64,000 nucleotides of DNA from Macrostomum lignano (GCA_002269645.1 NIVC01002313.1:120753-184752); one strand, 5' to 3'. Shown: positions 36,001 to 48,278, counted from the first letter of the stretch. Numbers and translations: made by a program. Notes: a model not told the origin generated them from the sequence alone.

Positions 36001-39000
36001 TTATCTCTTCTCCCAGGTCTTTCAAATTTACTCTCTCCTGTCTCCTCTCTCCCCTCGTCTTTCCTCTCTCATATCTCTTCTCTACTCACTTATATATTCT
36101 CTCTCCTCTGCTCCCCTTTTACACTTTCCTATATGCTCTCACTCTCACCCTCCCCTTTCTTATCTGCTGTTTTTACACTCCTTTCTACCACCTGTCTCCT
36201 CTCGTTTCTCTCCTCTCTGCACTCTCATCTTTACCCTCTTCTTTCTCCTCACTACTTTCTTCTCTTAAATATCTGATCTCTGATCTTTCATCTCTCTCCT
36301 CTCACCTCTCACCTCTCTCCTCTCTTTCCTCTCTTCTATTGCCTCTGTACGCTCTTGTCCCTCCTTTCTTCTCCATCCTGTCTCCTCTCTGCAATCTCAT
36401 ATCTCCTCTCTCATATCCTCTCCCTTCATCTCCTCTCTCCTCTTCTCTTCTCTCTCCTTCGTTCCCGCCTTACTTTCCTCTTCTCTCCCATCTGTCATGT
36501 CTAATCTCTCCACTCATTTCTACTCTGTTTTCTATCATCTCATCTCTCTTCTCTTTTCATTCTTCTCTTTACTCTCTTCTCTGACTGATTGAAGATGCCA
36601 AATCCATCAAGATCCTCTCCGCGAAGCAGAAATCCTGTCTGTGCAACTGAAAACCATCGAAATCCTCTCCGTGAAACTGGACTCCTTCGAAATCCTCTCC
36701 TTGAAACTTAAATCCATCAAAATCGTCTCCATAAAACAGAAATCAATCATAAATTATCTCCGCGAAACAGAAATCCTCTCCGTGAAGCTGAACATCATCG
36801 AAATCCTCTCCGTGAAACTGAACACCTTCGAAATCCTCTCCGTGAAACTGAACACCTTCGAAATCCTCTCCTTGAAACTTAAATCTATCAAAATCGTCTC
36901 CATAAAGCAGAAATCAATCATAAATTTAACTCCGCGAAACAGAAATCCTCTCCGTGAAGCTGAACATCATCAAAATCCTCTCCGTGAAACTGAACACCTT
37001 CGAAATCCTCTCCGTGAAACTGAACACCTTCGAAATCCTCTCCTTGAAACTTAAATCTATCAAAATCGTCTCCATAAAGCAGAAATCAATCATAAATTTA
37101 ACTCCGCGAAACAGAAATCCTCTCCGTGAAGCTGAACATCATCAAAATCCTCTCCGTGAAACTGAGCACCATCGAAATCCTCTCCACGAAACAGAAATCC
37201 TCTTTGTCAAAATTAAAACATTGAAATCGTCTCCGCTAAACTGGACTCAATCAATTTTTTCCGTCAAACAACTCAACTCTCCGGATTCATTGGTTAGGGT
37301 TAGGGTTAGGGTTAGGGTTAGAACTACGCACAGCTTCGTGTTAAAAGGCACTGATAAACTATTGAACTAATTGAATCAATTCATTGCGCAACCGATTTCA
37401 CAGTCAGTCAGTATCAGTCTCAGTTAAAGTTAACAAAAACATTGCGCAATCTAAATCAACCCTCCAATACAAAGCAACTGACCCCCTTCCTATACACAGC
37501 GCCAGTTGGAAGTCGAAACCCCAACTTTATCTCTCACCTCTCGCCAAAATGAGTACAATCTTTGCAGAAAGTTTAAAGTATGGAAATAGTTTTTGCAATG
37601 CAGAGCTTTTAGTTTTCATATTTGAAGCAAACAATTTATATCCCTGAAATCAGCTTTGCAAGTTCTTTCCAGCAATATAAATTTTTTCTCTCAAAGTTAA
37701 AAACTCGAGCAACAGTTTGCGTTTGAAACTTTCTGATTTAAAGCATTGAAATATCGATTGTACGTTCACTGCCTGCTAAAGAGGCCCGCAAGTTTATGCA
37801 TTGAATTTCAACGTTCAACAAAATCACAGGGCTGCCTATTGAAAATTAGAACACAAATCTTTGCGCAATTGTCTATACAGTCAGCCAGTGAGCCAGGGTC
37901 CGATTGTACACAGGCAGCCATTTAGAACGCCCCATCCCCCACTGGAGAGAAAATACACTGCAGAGATAGGGAAAAGTTGTGGCGCAATCACTTGAAATTC
38001 ATGCAAATTTTCAGCTCCAAGCAGAAAGAGGGGACAATTAAGATTATCAAAGGTCAAGACCGCCGTTTTCTGCTTTTTTGAGGATTTTAGAAATTAAAAT
38101 TTCAGAATTAAAATAGCCTATAGCCGACCTCGGATAATTTCCAATCTTCCCATATAAGTTTCAACGCTGAGTTGCCACTATTCAAGGAGGAGTTGTCGAA
38201 ATGACAGACAGACACACAGACAGACAGACAAACAACGCGTCAACTTTAGTATATATAGAAGACAGACAAACAACGCGTCAACTTTAGTATATATAGATAG
38301 ATAGAGTCGCCACCTTTCAGAGTGCGCAGTAAATTCTAACTCAGTATTGACTTTTGAGTGACGCAACTTGCGCCACACGAAGCAGAGATTGGACTGGGTG
38401 AAGAGGGATCGGGAGGAGCAGAGGGCGAAGATTGGATGTGTTGAAGCTTCCGCCCGGTTTTCATTGTTTTTTTCATTTTTTAACACTGCTCACTGGGTCA
38501 AAGGGTGGCGACTTCTCAATGTTGCTGAGTATGTACATACGAGTATATATACTCAGAAACAGTCAAAAGTTCCACCCCACTAAGCGAGATGATTTTTTCA
38601 CTTATTGCGAGTGACGCAACCTACGGCACGCGCAAAGCTTATTGCCGCTTGGGGGTGGCTTGGGTCTGCTTAATGGTCCAGGCCTGGACATTAAGCAGAC
38701 CCAAGCCCAGGAGCAACGCCCCGCCACACCGAGCCGATGCTGTTAGTCAACTGAAGGAACAGCTACAGCTGCGCACTCTGCGCTGGCCTTCCCGGTCCCC
38801 AGACATGGATCCCATCGAGCATGCCTGGGACATCCTAAAACGTAGCATTCGAAAAGAGAATCCACCATAGAATGTTGGGGAGAGCTCTGCGTCATGCAAT
38901 TAAAAACGCTTTGGAGCAGCTCCCTCTGGACTTTCTGCGCTGCCTCATCCTTGGGATGCCCCGCAGAGTCGTCGCACTTCTGCGTGCGAGGGGATCCCAC

Positions 39001-42000
39001 ACGCATCGCGATTCTAACTGAATATTGCATAAAAAATTTATGATTTTGTGCGACTGACGTTTACTACGAGTATTGATATTCAATCAACTTTCCCTTCCTC
39101 GCGGCGGCTTAGTTGCGTAACTTGAGGGTTGAATTGTGAGTGAGAAGCTTTCGCAATTTGGAGGGTGGAACTTTTGACTGTTGCTGAGTACATGTATCAT
39201 CTCCAGCTAGATGACTTCAGAAAATATTATAGAAATTCAATTTATCCTCTACCTTCGTTTATCGAATTCTAAAACATTTACCTTGTCCATGATTCTAAAA
39301 ATCGTCTCCAGCTCCTCCCTGTTCTTGTACACGGTTTCTGTGACCGAGTTAGCCATCTCCTTGCCTCCGCTCAGTCGGTGCTGAATGGCTGCTCGCTGAA
39401 ATGTGGACATGTACAACAGGCGGCCATCCTTGTTGAGCTGGGCTAGGTGTGGCCGCAGCGTGCGCCAGGGCAGCTCCAGTCTGAGCTTCTCCTCCATGGT
39501 GCTGCACCACTGCGACACCCGGATCGCGCCGGTTTTCTCCGGATCCAGACGCAGGAAAGCGTCGATTAGTTCGCTTTTGCTGGCCAGAATTTTGCCGCGC
39601 AAATCGCGCAGCGCGCTCTCCTCCACGCTGGACAACCGCTGGCCCTTCGGCAGCTTGTCCCTCCGGCTGGCCACGAACTGCACCAGTCGGGGCCGGCACT
39701 CGCTGTCGAACTTCACGTAGGCGCCCTTGTTGCTGCCCTCCTCGTAGTAGTTGGAGGCGGAGAAGACCGTCAGCACGGTGTCCTCGTGGCAAAACTCCCA
39801 ACCGTCCTGCTTGCACTCGTGCGACCTCACCAGCATTTTGTAGCCGTACTTGTCCAGAAACGCTCGGGTCACATTCGGTCCGAAGTAGCAGCCGCCGCCG
39901 CGGAACGTGTTCGGCTTGCAGCCCTGCTGCGCCTTCGGGTCGCTCCACAGCAGGTCCAGCACCTGGCGCCACTCCATGTAGTCTACCTTCTCATCGCTAG
40001 ACTTTGCCACCGGCGGCCGGAGCACGCTCACGTACCGATGCCGGTCGAGTCTCCGAACTCTGTCCAAGTCGACCTTGTCCGAGATGCCGCCGTGGGTGAC
40101 AAACACCCTGTCGTCAATAACGGTTGCTAGGGGCATCCAAGCGAACACTTCGCTGAACATGTTCAGCAATTTGTTGGCAGTCTGGCGATATTTGTACTGG
40201 ACCTCCTTTATGAAGCCGTAGCGAAGGTTCATCACCTGATTTTTAAGGGACATTGAGGCTGACTTTTGCTCATGTTCATCATTCTGCAGGTGTTTTACAT
40301 GCATCAATGTGGCGGGGGTGTTTCACGAACTCGAACTGGTAGTACGAGCTAGAAAGCTAAAAAAGTTATCCAGTCAGTTGAAGCATCCCCTTTGCTCAGG
40401 GGAGTCGCCATGTATTTTATAGTGGGGGGAGGACAAAGCCAAGAATTCCACATGCAAATGAATAAATTCCCTCAAGTCAAAATTTTGAGAATCGGTATTG
40501 TTGGAACTCATTTTAGCGCCGCAAGCAGGCACTCATTTTGGCGCCACAGTTATTCATTATATTGCGCCAGAGCATAATGTGTGGTGGGAGAGGAACAAAG
40601 CGTTGGAATGCCCCCATAGCTTTTACTGGGGGGACATGCCCCCCCCCCCCCCCCCCCCCGATGGCGACGCCCCAGCCTTTTCTCGCACAGAGCACGAACT
40701 ATTTTACTTTACGAATGACGCTTGTTACCAAGAAAATTATCGTTAGTTTTTGGGTAACGATCGTACTTGTACCTTGTTTTAACGTTACTTTAAAAAAAAT
40801 AACTTGTCCAACCACTGCCGAAAACCTTTCAACTTAATTGAGTTTGGATAAGTCGCTACAGGAGAGGTCTTGAGTTTCTGCTGCACAAGCTTACATTGAG
40901 CAAAGAAGGCTTTAGGCAGTAGGACTTAGTGGCTATATAGAGGCATTCGGTACTTTTTCACCTTCAAAAGCGTTTTTTTGTACAAGCTATGAACAAAATT
41001 TACTTCATAAATTGCAGTTTCTTCAAACGATTACGAGCCCTCAACAGTGATCTTTTCATCGACAATTTGCTTCAGGCATCCTCAAGTGCAACTGCGTATA
41101 CGTACGAGTATCAAGCTGGAAAACACTGTTGTCTCAGCTATAAGCTACTAATTTAGCGAGAGCATCGCTGCACCACTGCTTCTCCCATCCTAGCTATTCC
41201 CCTCCTTCCCTCTGATCAGGTCATGTACAGTATAAGCGTCCGGGTTGCTAGGCGAGGCTATCAAAGAGAAAAGATCTTTCCCTCTTGCCCATCTGCAGCT
41301 GCGATGCTTAACTATCCGACAGGCACAAAATTTTGCTCGTTCAAAGATAACTCGTAACTTGCCCCCCCCCCCCCCGGGCCCCTGGAGGCTTCCTGCGCCC
41401 AAAATAAGAAAAATCTTTTGATTTTTCGGAAAGCTCTCGTGCTACTCGAGCCTGCAACCCCGATATGGGGCCGAAAATGTCAATAATTAATTACGAACTG
41501 CGAACGCACGATAGTGAGCAGATGCTGTGCTAAGATCCGGCTTTTGAATTTGTGTGATTATATACATCTAGGAGGGTTATTTACATCTAGGCCGGTTCGG
41601 GTGAGGAACTATATCCTTAAAATGCATTATTATTAATCATACTCGCACGTGTATTTTTACGTGACCATACTGTAAAAATAGTATTTTACAATACGAGCTA
41701 ACTAGAGAATTTAAAAGATCTTGGAAAATTCCGCCTGTTTATGAGGCTTCTGCTTTTCTTGGAATTACAATATTTTCTGCATAAGCTATAGTTCTTAATC
41801 CCAATATCCGCACCAGTTTCCAATCTAACGGGCAGACAATCTCTGCTCTCATTGGCTGCCAGTTCAGCTTGTCTGCACAGTCGCTTACCATTCACTCCAC
41901 CAACCACCTCACTCCCCGTCCTTCCCCAATCTCTGCTCTCATTGGCTGCCAGTTCAGCTTGTCTGCACAGTCGCTTACCATTCACTCCACCAACCACCTC

Positions 42001-44185
42001 ACTCCCCGTCCTTCCCCGATCTCTGCTCTCATTGGCTGCCAGTTCAGCTTGTCTGCAAATTAAATTACCTTTCACTCCACCAACCACCTCACTCCCCGTC
42101 CTTCCCCGATCTCTGCTCTCATTGGCTGCCAGTTCAGCTTGTCTGCAAATTAAATTACCTTTCACTCCACCAACCACCTCACTCCCCCGCCCTTTTGCCC
42201 TGATTGGCTGTTGGAAGTGCAGCACAAAGCTCTCACCTGATCCTCGTGGTTGCCCCTATTAAGGAAGACGGCTGACGGCCAGACCAGCTGGCAGGCGAAC
42301 AAAATCGCCAAGATCTCCACCGAATTGGGACCTCGGTCCACAAAGTCGCCGTTGAAGATGTACGGATTGGTGACGTCTGGCAGGCCGTTCTTGTACAGCA
42401 CAATCAGCAGGTCCTCCAGCTTGCCGTGAAGATCGCCAACTACTGTCACCTTCAATATGGGAGCATGGAAGTTAGCATTCAGCAAAATATTTTTACCACT
42501 AAGTCTAACTGGTTGTAATGAGTAATGAAAGGTTGGATTCGTCAGTGATGTCGGAGCGCGCATCACCCCTCCTGAATTGAATTCAACGGCTTTTGGTTTT
42601 CGTCATCAGGCGGTTACAGTATGAAATAACAAAAAAGTGACCATTCACGGGAATTGATGCGAATCAAGGGCTACATATCGGCTCCGTAAATTTGTTTGTT
42701 TGCTTTAACGCACGCACGTAAGTTATATCCGTACACCAACATTCAGAAGAGCAAGGGTGTCGCTATTTTATGACTTTTCATAAAGATACTTTGACATCTC
42801 TAGAAGCGTCGCCATGGATTTCATGTTGGGCGGGGGAGAAAAAGCCAAGAATTCTACATGACTAAGTTCCTACATTATTTTGGGAATCGGTGTTGTTAGC
42901 ACTCGTTGTCGCGCCGCTGGCACTCATTTTGGCGCCGCAGGCATTCACGCATTTTGGCGCCGCAGGCAGACACTCATTTTGGGCGCCGCAGGCATTCACT
43001 CATTTTTGGCGCCACAGGCAGGCACTCATTTTGGCGCCACAGGCAGGCACTCATTTTGGCGCCACAGGCATTCACTCATTTTGGCGCCACAGGCAGGCAC
43101 TCATTTTGGCGCCACAGGCATTCACTCATTTTTGGCGCCACAGGCAGGCACTCATTTTGGCGCCACAGGCAGGCACTCATTTTGGCGCCACAGGCAGGCA
43201 CTCATTTTGGCGCTACAGGCAGGCACTCATTTTGGCGCCGCAGGCAGGCACTCATTTTGGCGCCCTGAAGCAAAATTCCATAAATTCCGTAACGGGTCGC
43301 AAGATGGAGCGGGCCGGACATTAGCATGTTCCACCTATAGCTTTTACTGGTGGAACATGCCCCCTTGTCCCCCCCCATTGGCGACGCTCCTGGTTATTTC
43401 TAAGATTGAAGATCTTAGAGACTGCAAACAAAACGTTCTACTCTTACCTGCTTTGATATGCTACTGCTGACAAGCTGAATATTCTGCCGCGTCTTCAGCA
43501 CCGACCTGGTTTCGTGCAGCAGCTGCAGCAGGTACCGGGCGTGAAGCAGGCCGCCCTGCCTGAAACTGTCAATCATCAGCTGCACGTGAGTGGCGCTCAA
43601 CGGGAAGCTCAACTTCGGGCCCTTGTAGTTCCTCTCCACGGTGATTTCCGAGTAGCCAGTGTGCTCAAGCAGCTCCTCGTCCTCCTCTTCGATGCTTCTC
43701 TGCCGCAGTCGCTCTGCAAAGCCGGCATTCGCAGACGCCCCGCCGACACCGCCGCCTCCGAGGCGCAGCATGTCGTTAAAGAAATTGTACAGGTGCAGCT
43801 GGCTGGACTCGCTGGAGTACTCGATGCTCTGGTAGATCATCCAGCTGGTCTGTCTGCGGGCCTCTAGCCGGGCCTTGTAACGCCGGTACCACTTCTGGAT
43901 GAGCACCGCCGACTGTAGGCTGACTTCGTTTTTCGCCTCCGCCTCCATGTCGTCTGCAGCCGACGCGGGCTGCTGGCCGCCGGCCTCGTTTGTTCTCGTC
44001 GAGATGCCGCTTCGGAGGCTGACGGCCGACTTGGCTGAGGTGTCGCATATTTGGGCGACACCGACTCGCTGATGCTGCTGATGGCTCTGCGCTGTCGACT
44101 GGGACGTTTCAAAGATTTTTGCGTCAGTTTCCGCGGCTGCAGCTTCGGCCACCGCGGCTGTTGCAGCGCTCGGCCCGCAGCCCAT
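32101..44185 (-). CDS. PPEF: Serine/threonine protein phosphatase with EF-hands (PPEF/rdgC family), 715 aa; exons 44185-43448, 42449-42237, 40235-39282, 32343-32101
   Basis: N-terminal MGCGPS; IQ motif [14 protein letters not shown]; PPP motifs GDLHG, GDFVDRG, RGNHE, HGGIS, LLWSDP, RSHE and SASNYY; C-terminal EF-hands [13 protein letters not shown] and [13 protein letters not shown]. All three introns are GT-AG, phase 0. Confidence 0.95.
33955..33977 (+). repeat. Short interstitial TTAGGG run (copy 1)
   Basis: TTAAGGG TTAGGG TTAGGG TTAG. Confidence 0.8.
37294..37321 (+). repeat. Short interstitial TTAGGG run (copy 2)
   Basis: (TTAGGG)4 followed by TTAG. Confidence 0.85.
38552..39188 (+). 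mobile_element. Tc1/mariner non-autonomous element retaining the transposase C-terminus
   Basis: 26-bp TIRs (CTCAGA/CAACAGTCAAAAGTTCCACCC, one mismatch) flanked by TA at both ends. Internal [22 protein letters not shown] matches the Tc1 WPxxSPDLNPIExxW motif. Confidence 0.85.
40397..40675. mobile_element. hAT-type non-autonomous element (short copy)
   Basis: 15-bp TIRs CAGGGGAGTCGCCAT and rc CTGGGGCGTCGCCAT; 8-bp flanks CCTTTGCT and CCTTTTCT (7/8 match), as expected for a hAT TSD. Confidence 0.75.
41838..42210. repeat. 90-bp tandem repeat, about 4 copies, next to the PPEF exon 2 donor
   Basis: CTCTGCTCTCATTGGCTGCC recurs with a 90-bp period. Confidence 0.93.
42801..43392. mobile_element. 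hAT-type non-autonomous element of the same family as 40397-40675, with an expanded internal ~24-bp array (about 42915-43265)
   Basis: Shared ends (GCGTCGCCAT ... TGGCGACGC), shared AAAGCCAAGAATT, GCAGGCACTCATTTTGGCGCCACA and TATAGCTTTTACTGG segments. Confidence 0.72.
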
Positions 44186-45088
44186 GGCAACTGGGCGGGA
44201 GCGACTGGGCTGCACTGGCTTCTGCTGCTGCTCCTGCTGCGAGTGGCAATTTCTGGGCGAAAAAAAAGATGGATAGAGAAATCAGCTAGGCGAGAGTGAC
44301 ACAGGCGTGTAGAAAGAAGAAGAATGTCCTCAAGCGACTGTCGATTACGCGGGGAAGCTTTGGCCTCTGCTGGTCAGTGCTGGCATGGCTGCTGCATGCC
44401 AACTATTGATATAGCCTTCTGCAGTTACCAATCTCCTTCCCCCCTACTCTCTTTTTCGTGTGCTCCTTGTACCTAGCCAGCGGGACAAAGGCTGGAGGCT
44501 AGCAAAATTGACGGCCTTGTCGCGTGTGGGGAGTGAGGTATAAGGAGGGAGAGAGAGAGAGAGAGAGAGGCCCCAGTCGAACGCTAAAAGGGGCAAGAAC
44601 CAATCAACGCATTCGTCAGTATAGCCCAGGCTCCATCTGTGAGTTCCACAGCTATAATGGGGGTGTGCGGAGCATGCAAGCCAGATGCAGCCGAGCTCAC
44701 CTATCCGATGAAGTGGTCACTATAGCTACTGCATTCGATCGATTTACAAATCCCGTATCCCATGAATCAGAGGCCCACTAGACATAGAAATTCCCGTAGA
44801 TGAGACAACATGGGGAAAAGGTCCCTTAGTGCCAGTATAGGATATGGGGTGTTGGATTACTCAATATTTCCTAGTTTTTTAACCCATATAGCTCGTCTAT
44901 TTAGTATTGTTCCTGAGAAATTCGATATTATCGCCGTACCCTCTTTGTCTGCTCGGATTGATCCCAGAAGGCGGAAATTAATCACATTTGCAAACTAATT
45001 CTCTTGTTGTTTGTGTGCACCTGTACTTTTGGTTATGATTTTTCGATGGGGAAGATGTCTTTTGACATTAAGCCTTCCTGAACAACAA

Positions 45089-45410
45089 GGGACCGTAGCC
45101 TAATGATTAGAGCGTCGGACTTATGACTTGAAGGTCGGGGTTCGATTCCTGATCCCACACGGAACGATATGTGTCCTTGAGCAAGACACTTAACTCTGCA
45201 TTGCTTCAGCTCAACCCGTTGTAAAATGGGTGCCAGCATTAGCTGCGGTAATTGAGGCTGTGTGTGGCAACCTCCTCCCCCCAGTCCTTGGACTGAACAG
45301 CCGTACTCAGCCTTCAGTTCAGATGCGCCGCGCAATAGCTGCGGCTGAGCTATCGGTTGCACATCTGGCCCAATTGGGGCAGGTGTAATCAATTATTAAT
45401 ATTATTATTT
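45089..45410 (+). mobile_element. tRNA-derived SINE with a CORE-like domain and (ATT)n tail, copy 1
   Basis: A-box GTAGCCTAATG, B-box GGTTCGATTCC, then GTGTCCTTGAGCAAGACACTTAACTCTG...TGTAAAATGGG. A second copy lies at 48580-48890. Confidence 0.85.
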
Positions 45411-45494
45411 CCTAAAGTAATAATAATAATAGGAGGAGCTTTCATAAGTATACAGATCTAGGAATTAAAAATGGTTCTATCTTGGCACCAGCCC

Positions 45495-46395
45495 GTGTGT
45501 CTTGATGTGAGCACCCAATGTCTTGATGTGAGCACCCTGATGTCTTGCTGTGAGCACCCAATGTCTTGATGTGAGCACCCTGATGTCTTGATGTGAGCAC
45601 CCAATGTCTTGATGTGAGCACCCAATGTCTTGATGTGAGCACCTTGATGTCTTGATGTGAGCACCCAATGTCTTGCTGTGAGCACCCAATGTCTTGCTGT
45701 GAGCACCCAATGTCTTGCTGTGAGCACCCAATGTCTTGCTGTGAGCACCCTGATGTCTTGATGTGAGCACCCAATGTCTTGATGTGAGCACCCAATGTCT
45801 TGATGTGAGCACCTTGATGTCTTGATGTGAGCACCCAATGTCTTGCTGTGAGCACCCAATGTCTTGCTGTGAGCACCCAATGTCTTGCTGTGAGCACCCA
45901 ATGTCTTGCTGTGAGCACCCTGATGTCTTGCTGTGAGTACCCTGATGTCTTGCTGTGAGCACCCTGATGTCTTGCTGTGAGTACCCTGATGTCTTGCTGT
46001 GAGCACCCTGATGTCTTGCTGTGAGCACCCTGATGTCTTGCTGTGAGCACCTTGATGTCTTGCTGTGAGCACCCTGATGTCTTGCTGTGAGCACCCTGAT
46101 GTCTTGCTGTGAGTACCCTGATGTCTTGCTGTGAGCACCCTGATGTCTTGCTGTGAGCACCCTGATGTCTTGCTGTGAGCACCTTGATGTCTTGCTGTGA
46201 GCACCCTGATGTCTTGCTGTGAGCACCCTGATGTCTTGCTGTGAGTACCCTGATGTCTTGCTGTGAGCACCCTGATGTCTTGCTGTGAGTACCCTGATGT
46301 CTTGCTGTGAGCACCCTGATGTCTTGCTGTGAGCACCCTGATGTCTTGCTGTGAGCACCTTGATGTCTTGATGTGAACACCCAATGTCTTGATGC
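45495..46395. repeat. 21/22-bp minisatellite (TGATGTCTTGCTGTGAGCACCC)
   Basis: About 41 copies. Confidence 0.95.
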
Positions 46396-46974
46396 AATAT
46401 CTCACAGGATCAAAAAACTTATCGGGAACTCTATGAGTCTATGCTTAGATTCTCAGATAAATTCCAATCCCAAAATGTCAGCATCGCTACAGACTCCGTG
46501 ATGCAGGTGAATCGACTCCAATTTCCTTAATGATCATTTACCCACTGCCTAGGAACTGTTGCCTCTGCTCTGCCTTAGCTGCTCATTAGTTTGATGAGCT
46601 GAGAACACCTTGCAGTTACGGGTCTAAATAAATTCTGCCTGAGCCAGGGCAAGCTCTGATCAAAGGCGGCATCGATCTGTTTATGCTCGTTTGTCCCAGT
46701 TTTATGTTTCGACTCCTTTATGAGAGAGCCTTCATTGAGTTTGCCAGTTCCAATGCAAGCGATGCATTTATTTTATATCAGAAATTCGATAGCACAGCTG
46801 CACTGAGCTATCGTCCAAGCTTTTCTAATTTTACATCACTTCGTGTACTTTTACGCTCGGATTGAAGATATATAAGAACACGAAAAGCTTACCAATAGTT
46901 TTATTGTCAACTTTTCAAACTTTTTGGATGCCGAAAATTGCAGCAATTTCGAAATCTAGGTACGTCAGATACGG

Positions 46975-47840
46975 AGGTCAAGACAGGGAGGTGAAAACAG
47001 GGAAGTGAAGGCAGGGAGATCAAACCGGGGAGGTCAAAACAGGAAGGTCAAAACAGGGAGGTCAAAACAGGGAGGTCAAGACAGGGAGGTCAAAACAGAG
47101 AGGTCAAACACAGGGAGGTCAAGCCAGGGAGGTCAAAACAGGGAAGTGAAGGCAGGGAGGTCAAACCGGGGAGGTCAAAACAGGAAGGTCAAAACAGGGA
47201 GGTCAAAACAGGGAGGTCAAGACAGGGAGGTCAAGACAGGGAGGTCAAGACAGGAAAGTCAAGGCAGGGAGGTCAAAACAGGGAGGTCAAAACAGGAGGT
47301 CAAAACAGGGAGGTCATGACGGGGAGGTCAAAACAGGGAGGTCAAGACAGGGAGGTCAAGACAGGGAAGTCAAAACAGGGAAGTGAAGGCAGGGAGGTCA
47401 AACCGGGGAGGTCAAAACAGGAAGGTCAAAACAGGGAGGTCAAAACAGGGAGGTCAAAACAGGGAGCTCGAAACAGGGAGGTCAAGACAGGGAAGTCAAA
47501 ACGGGTAGGTCAAGACAGGGAGGTCAAAACAGGGAGGTCATGACGGGGAGGTCAAAACAGAGAGGTCAAGACAGGGAGGTTAAGACAGGGAGGTCAAAAC
47601 AGGGAGGTCAAGACAGGGAAGTCAAGGCAGGGAGGTCAAGACAGGGAGGTTAAGCCAGGGAGATCAAAACAGAGAGGTCAAGTCAGGGAGGTCAAGACAA
47701 GGAAGTCAAAACAGGGAGGTCGAAACAGGGAAGTCAAAACAGGGAGGTCAAAACAGGGAGGTCAATACGGGGAGGTCAAAACGGGGAGGTCAAGACAGGG
47801 GGTCAAAACAGGAAGGTCAAAAAAGGGAGGTCATGACGGG
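46975..47840. repeat. 14-bp minisatellite (GGGAGGTCAAAACA)
   Basis: About 60 imperfect copies. Confidence 0.92.
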
Positions 47841-48278
47841 GACTTCAAAGTATGAGGTCAAGGATGGATTCAGCAATGCCTAGAACTGCAGCGCATAAGC
47901 CTGAGGCATCTCAGTGAATGAAAGGCGTCTTGTTCGCATAAGACTAGCTGTTGCACGGATTCATTCCCTCTATGTATGGGCAGAAATCGAATTAATTAAT
48001 TCGCTGGCACGGACTTAGGCATTCTGAGCACTCATGCCACACTTAAGCCGCGGATGCATTGATAATTGTAAGCGGCCGGAGCTTCCCGCAATGTCCAAAT
48101 CGGCCTCTCTGAACTGAAGATCCTGTTTTTCTAATACTAGACCTGTCCGGGGAACACCTGAGCACTGCTCTGCTTTCATGTGAGGGATACGGCCTAGGGC
48201 AGAAGCCTCTTTGCTAAATTGCTTGCATACGAGCTGATTTAGATTGACAATTTCCTGCAAAGGAGCTTGAGGAATTCG

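Larger units (their letters stand above)
32590..38290. repeat. Tandem duplication of a ~2.7-3-kb composite block inside PPEF intron 3 (copy 1 about 32590-35290; copy 2 about 35306-38290)
   Basis: Both copies have the same order: unique GAGTGGAACTCCTCC start, CT-rich tract, AAATCCTCTCCGTGAAACTGA subrepeats, (TTAGGG)n, a ~450-bp module, a shared tail and a CA/GACA microsatellite. Confidence 0.88.

Noticed and set aside
35394-36584. 396-aa Leu/Ser-rich membrane-like ORF (also 33226-33729 and 60012-60597)
   Set aside because: CT-rich low-complexity DNA cannot easily form stop codons; it is intronic and antisense to PPEF or intergenic.
33955-37321. Chromosome end or telomere-fusion site
   Set aside because: Only 2-4 perfect TTAGGG units, same orientation, each embedded in a duplicated intronic cassette.
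45089-45160. Functional tRNA genes here, at 48580 and at 24512
   Set aside because: A and B boxes are present, but the acceptor and anticodon stems pair poorly and each head continues into a SINE body and tail.
45442-46405. Three overlapping ~310-aa ORFs
   Set aside because: All three minus frames are open because the 21/22-bp unit lacks stops.
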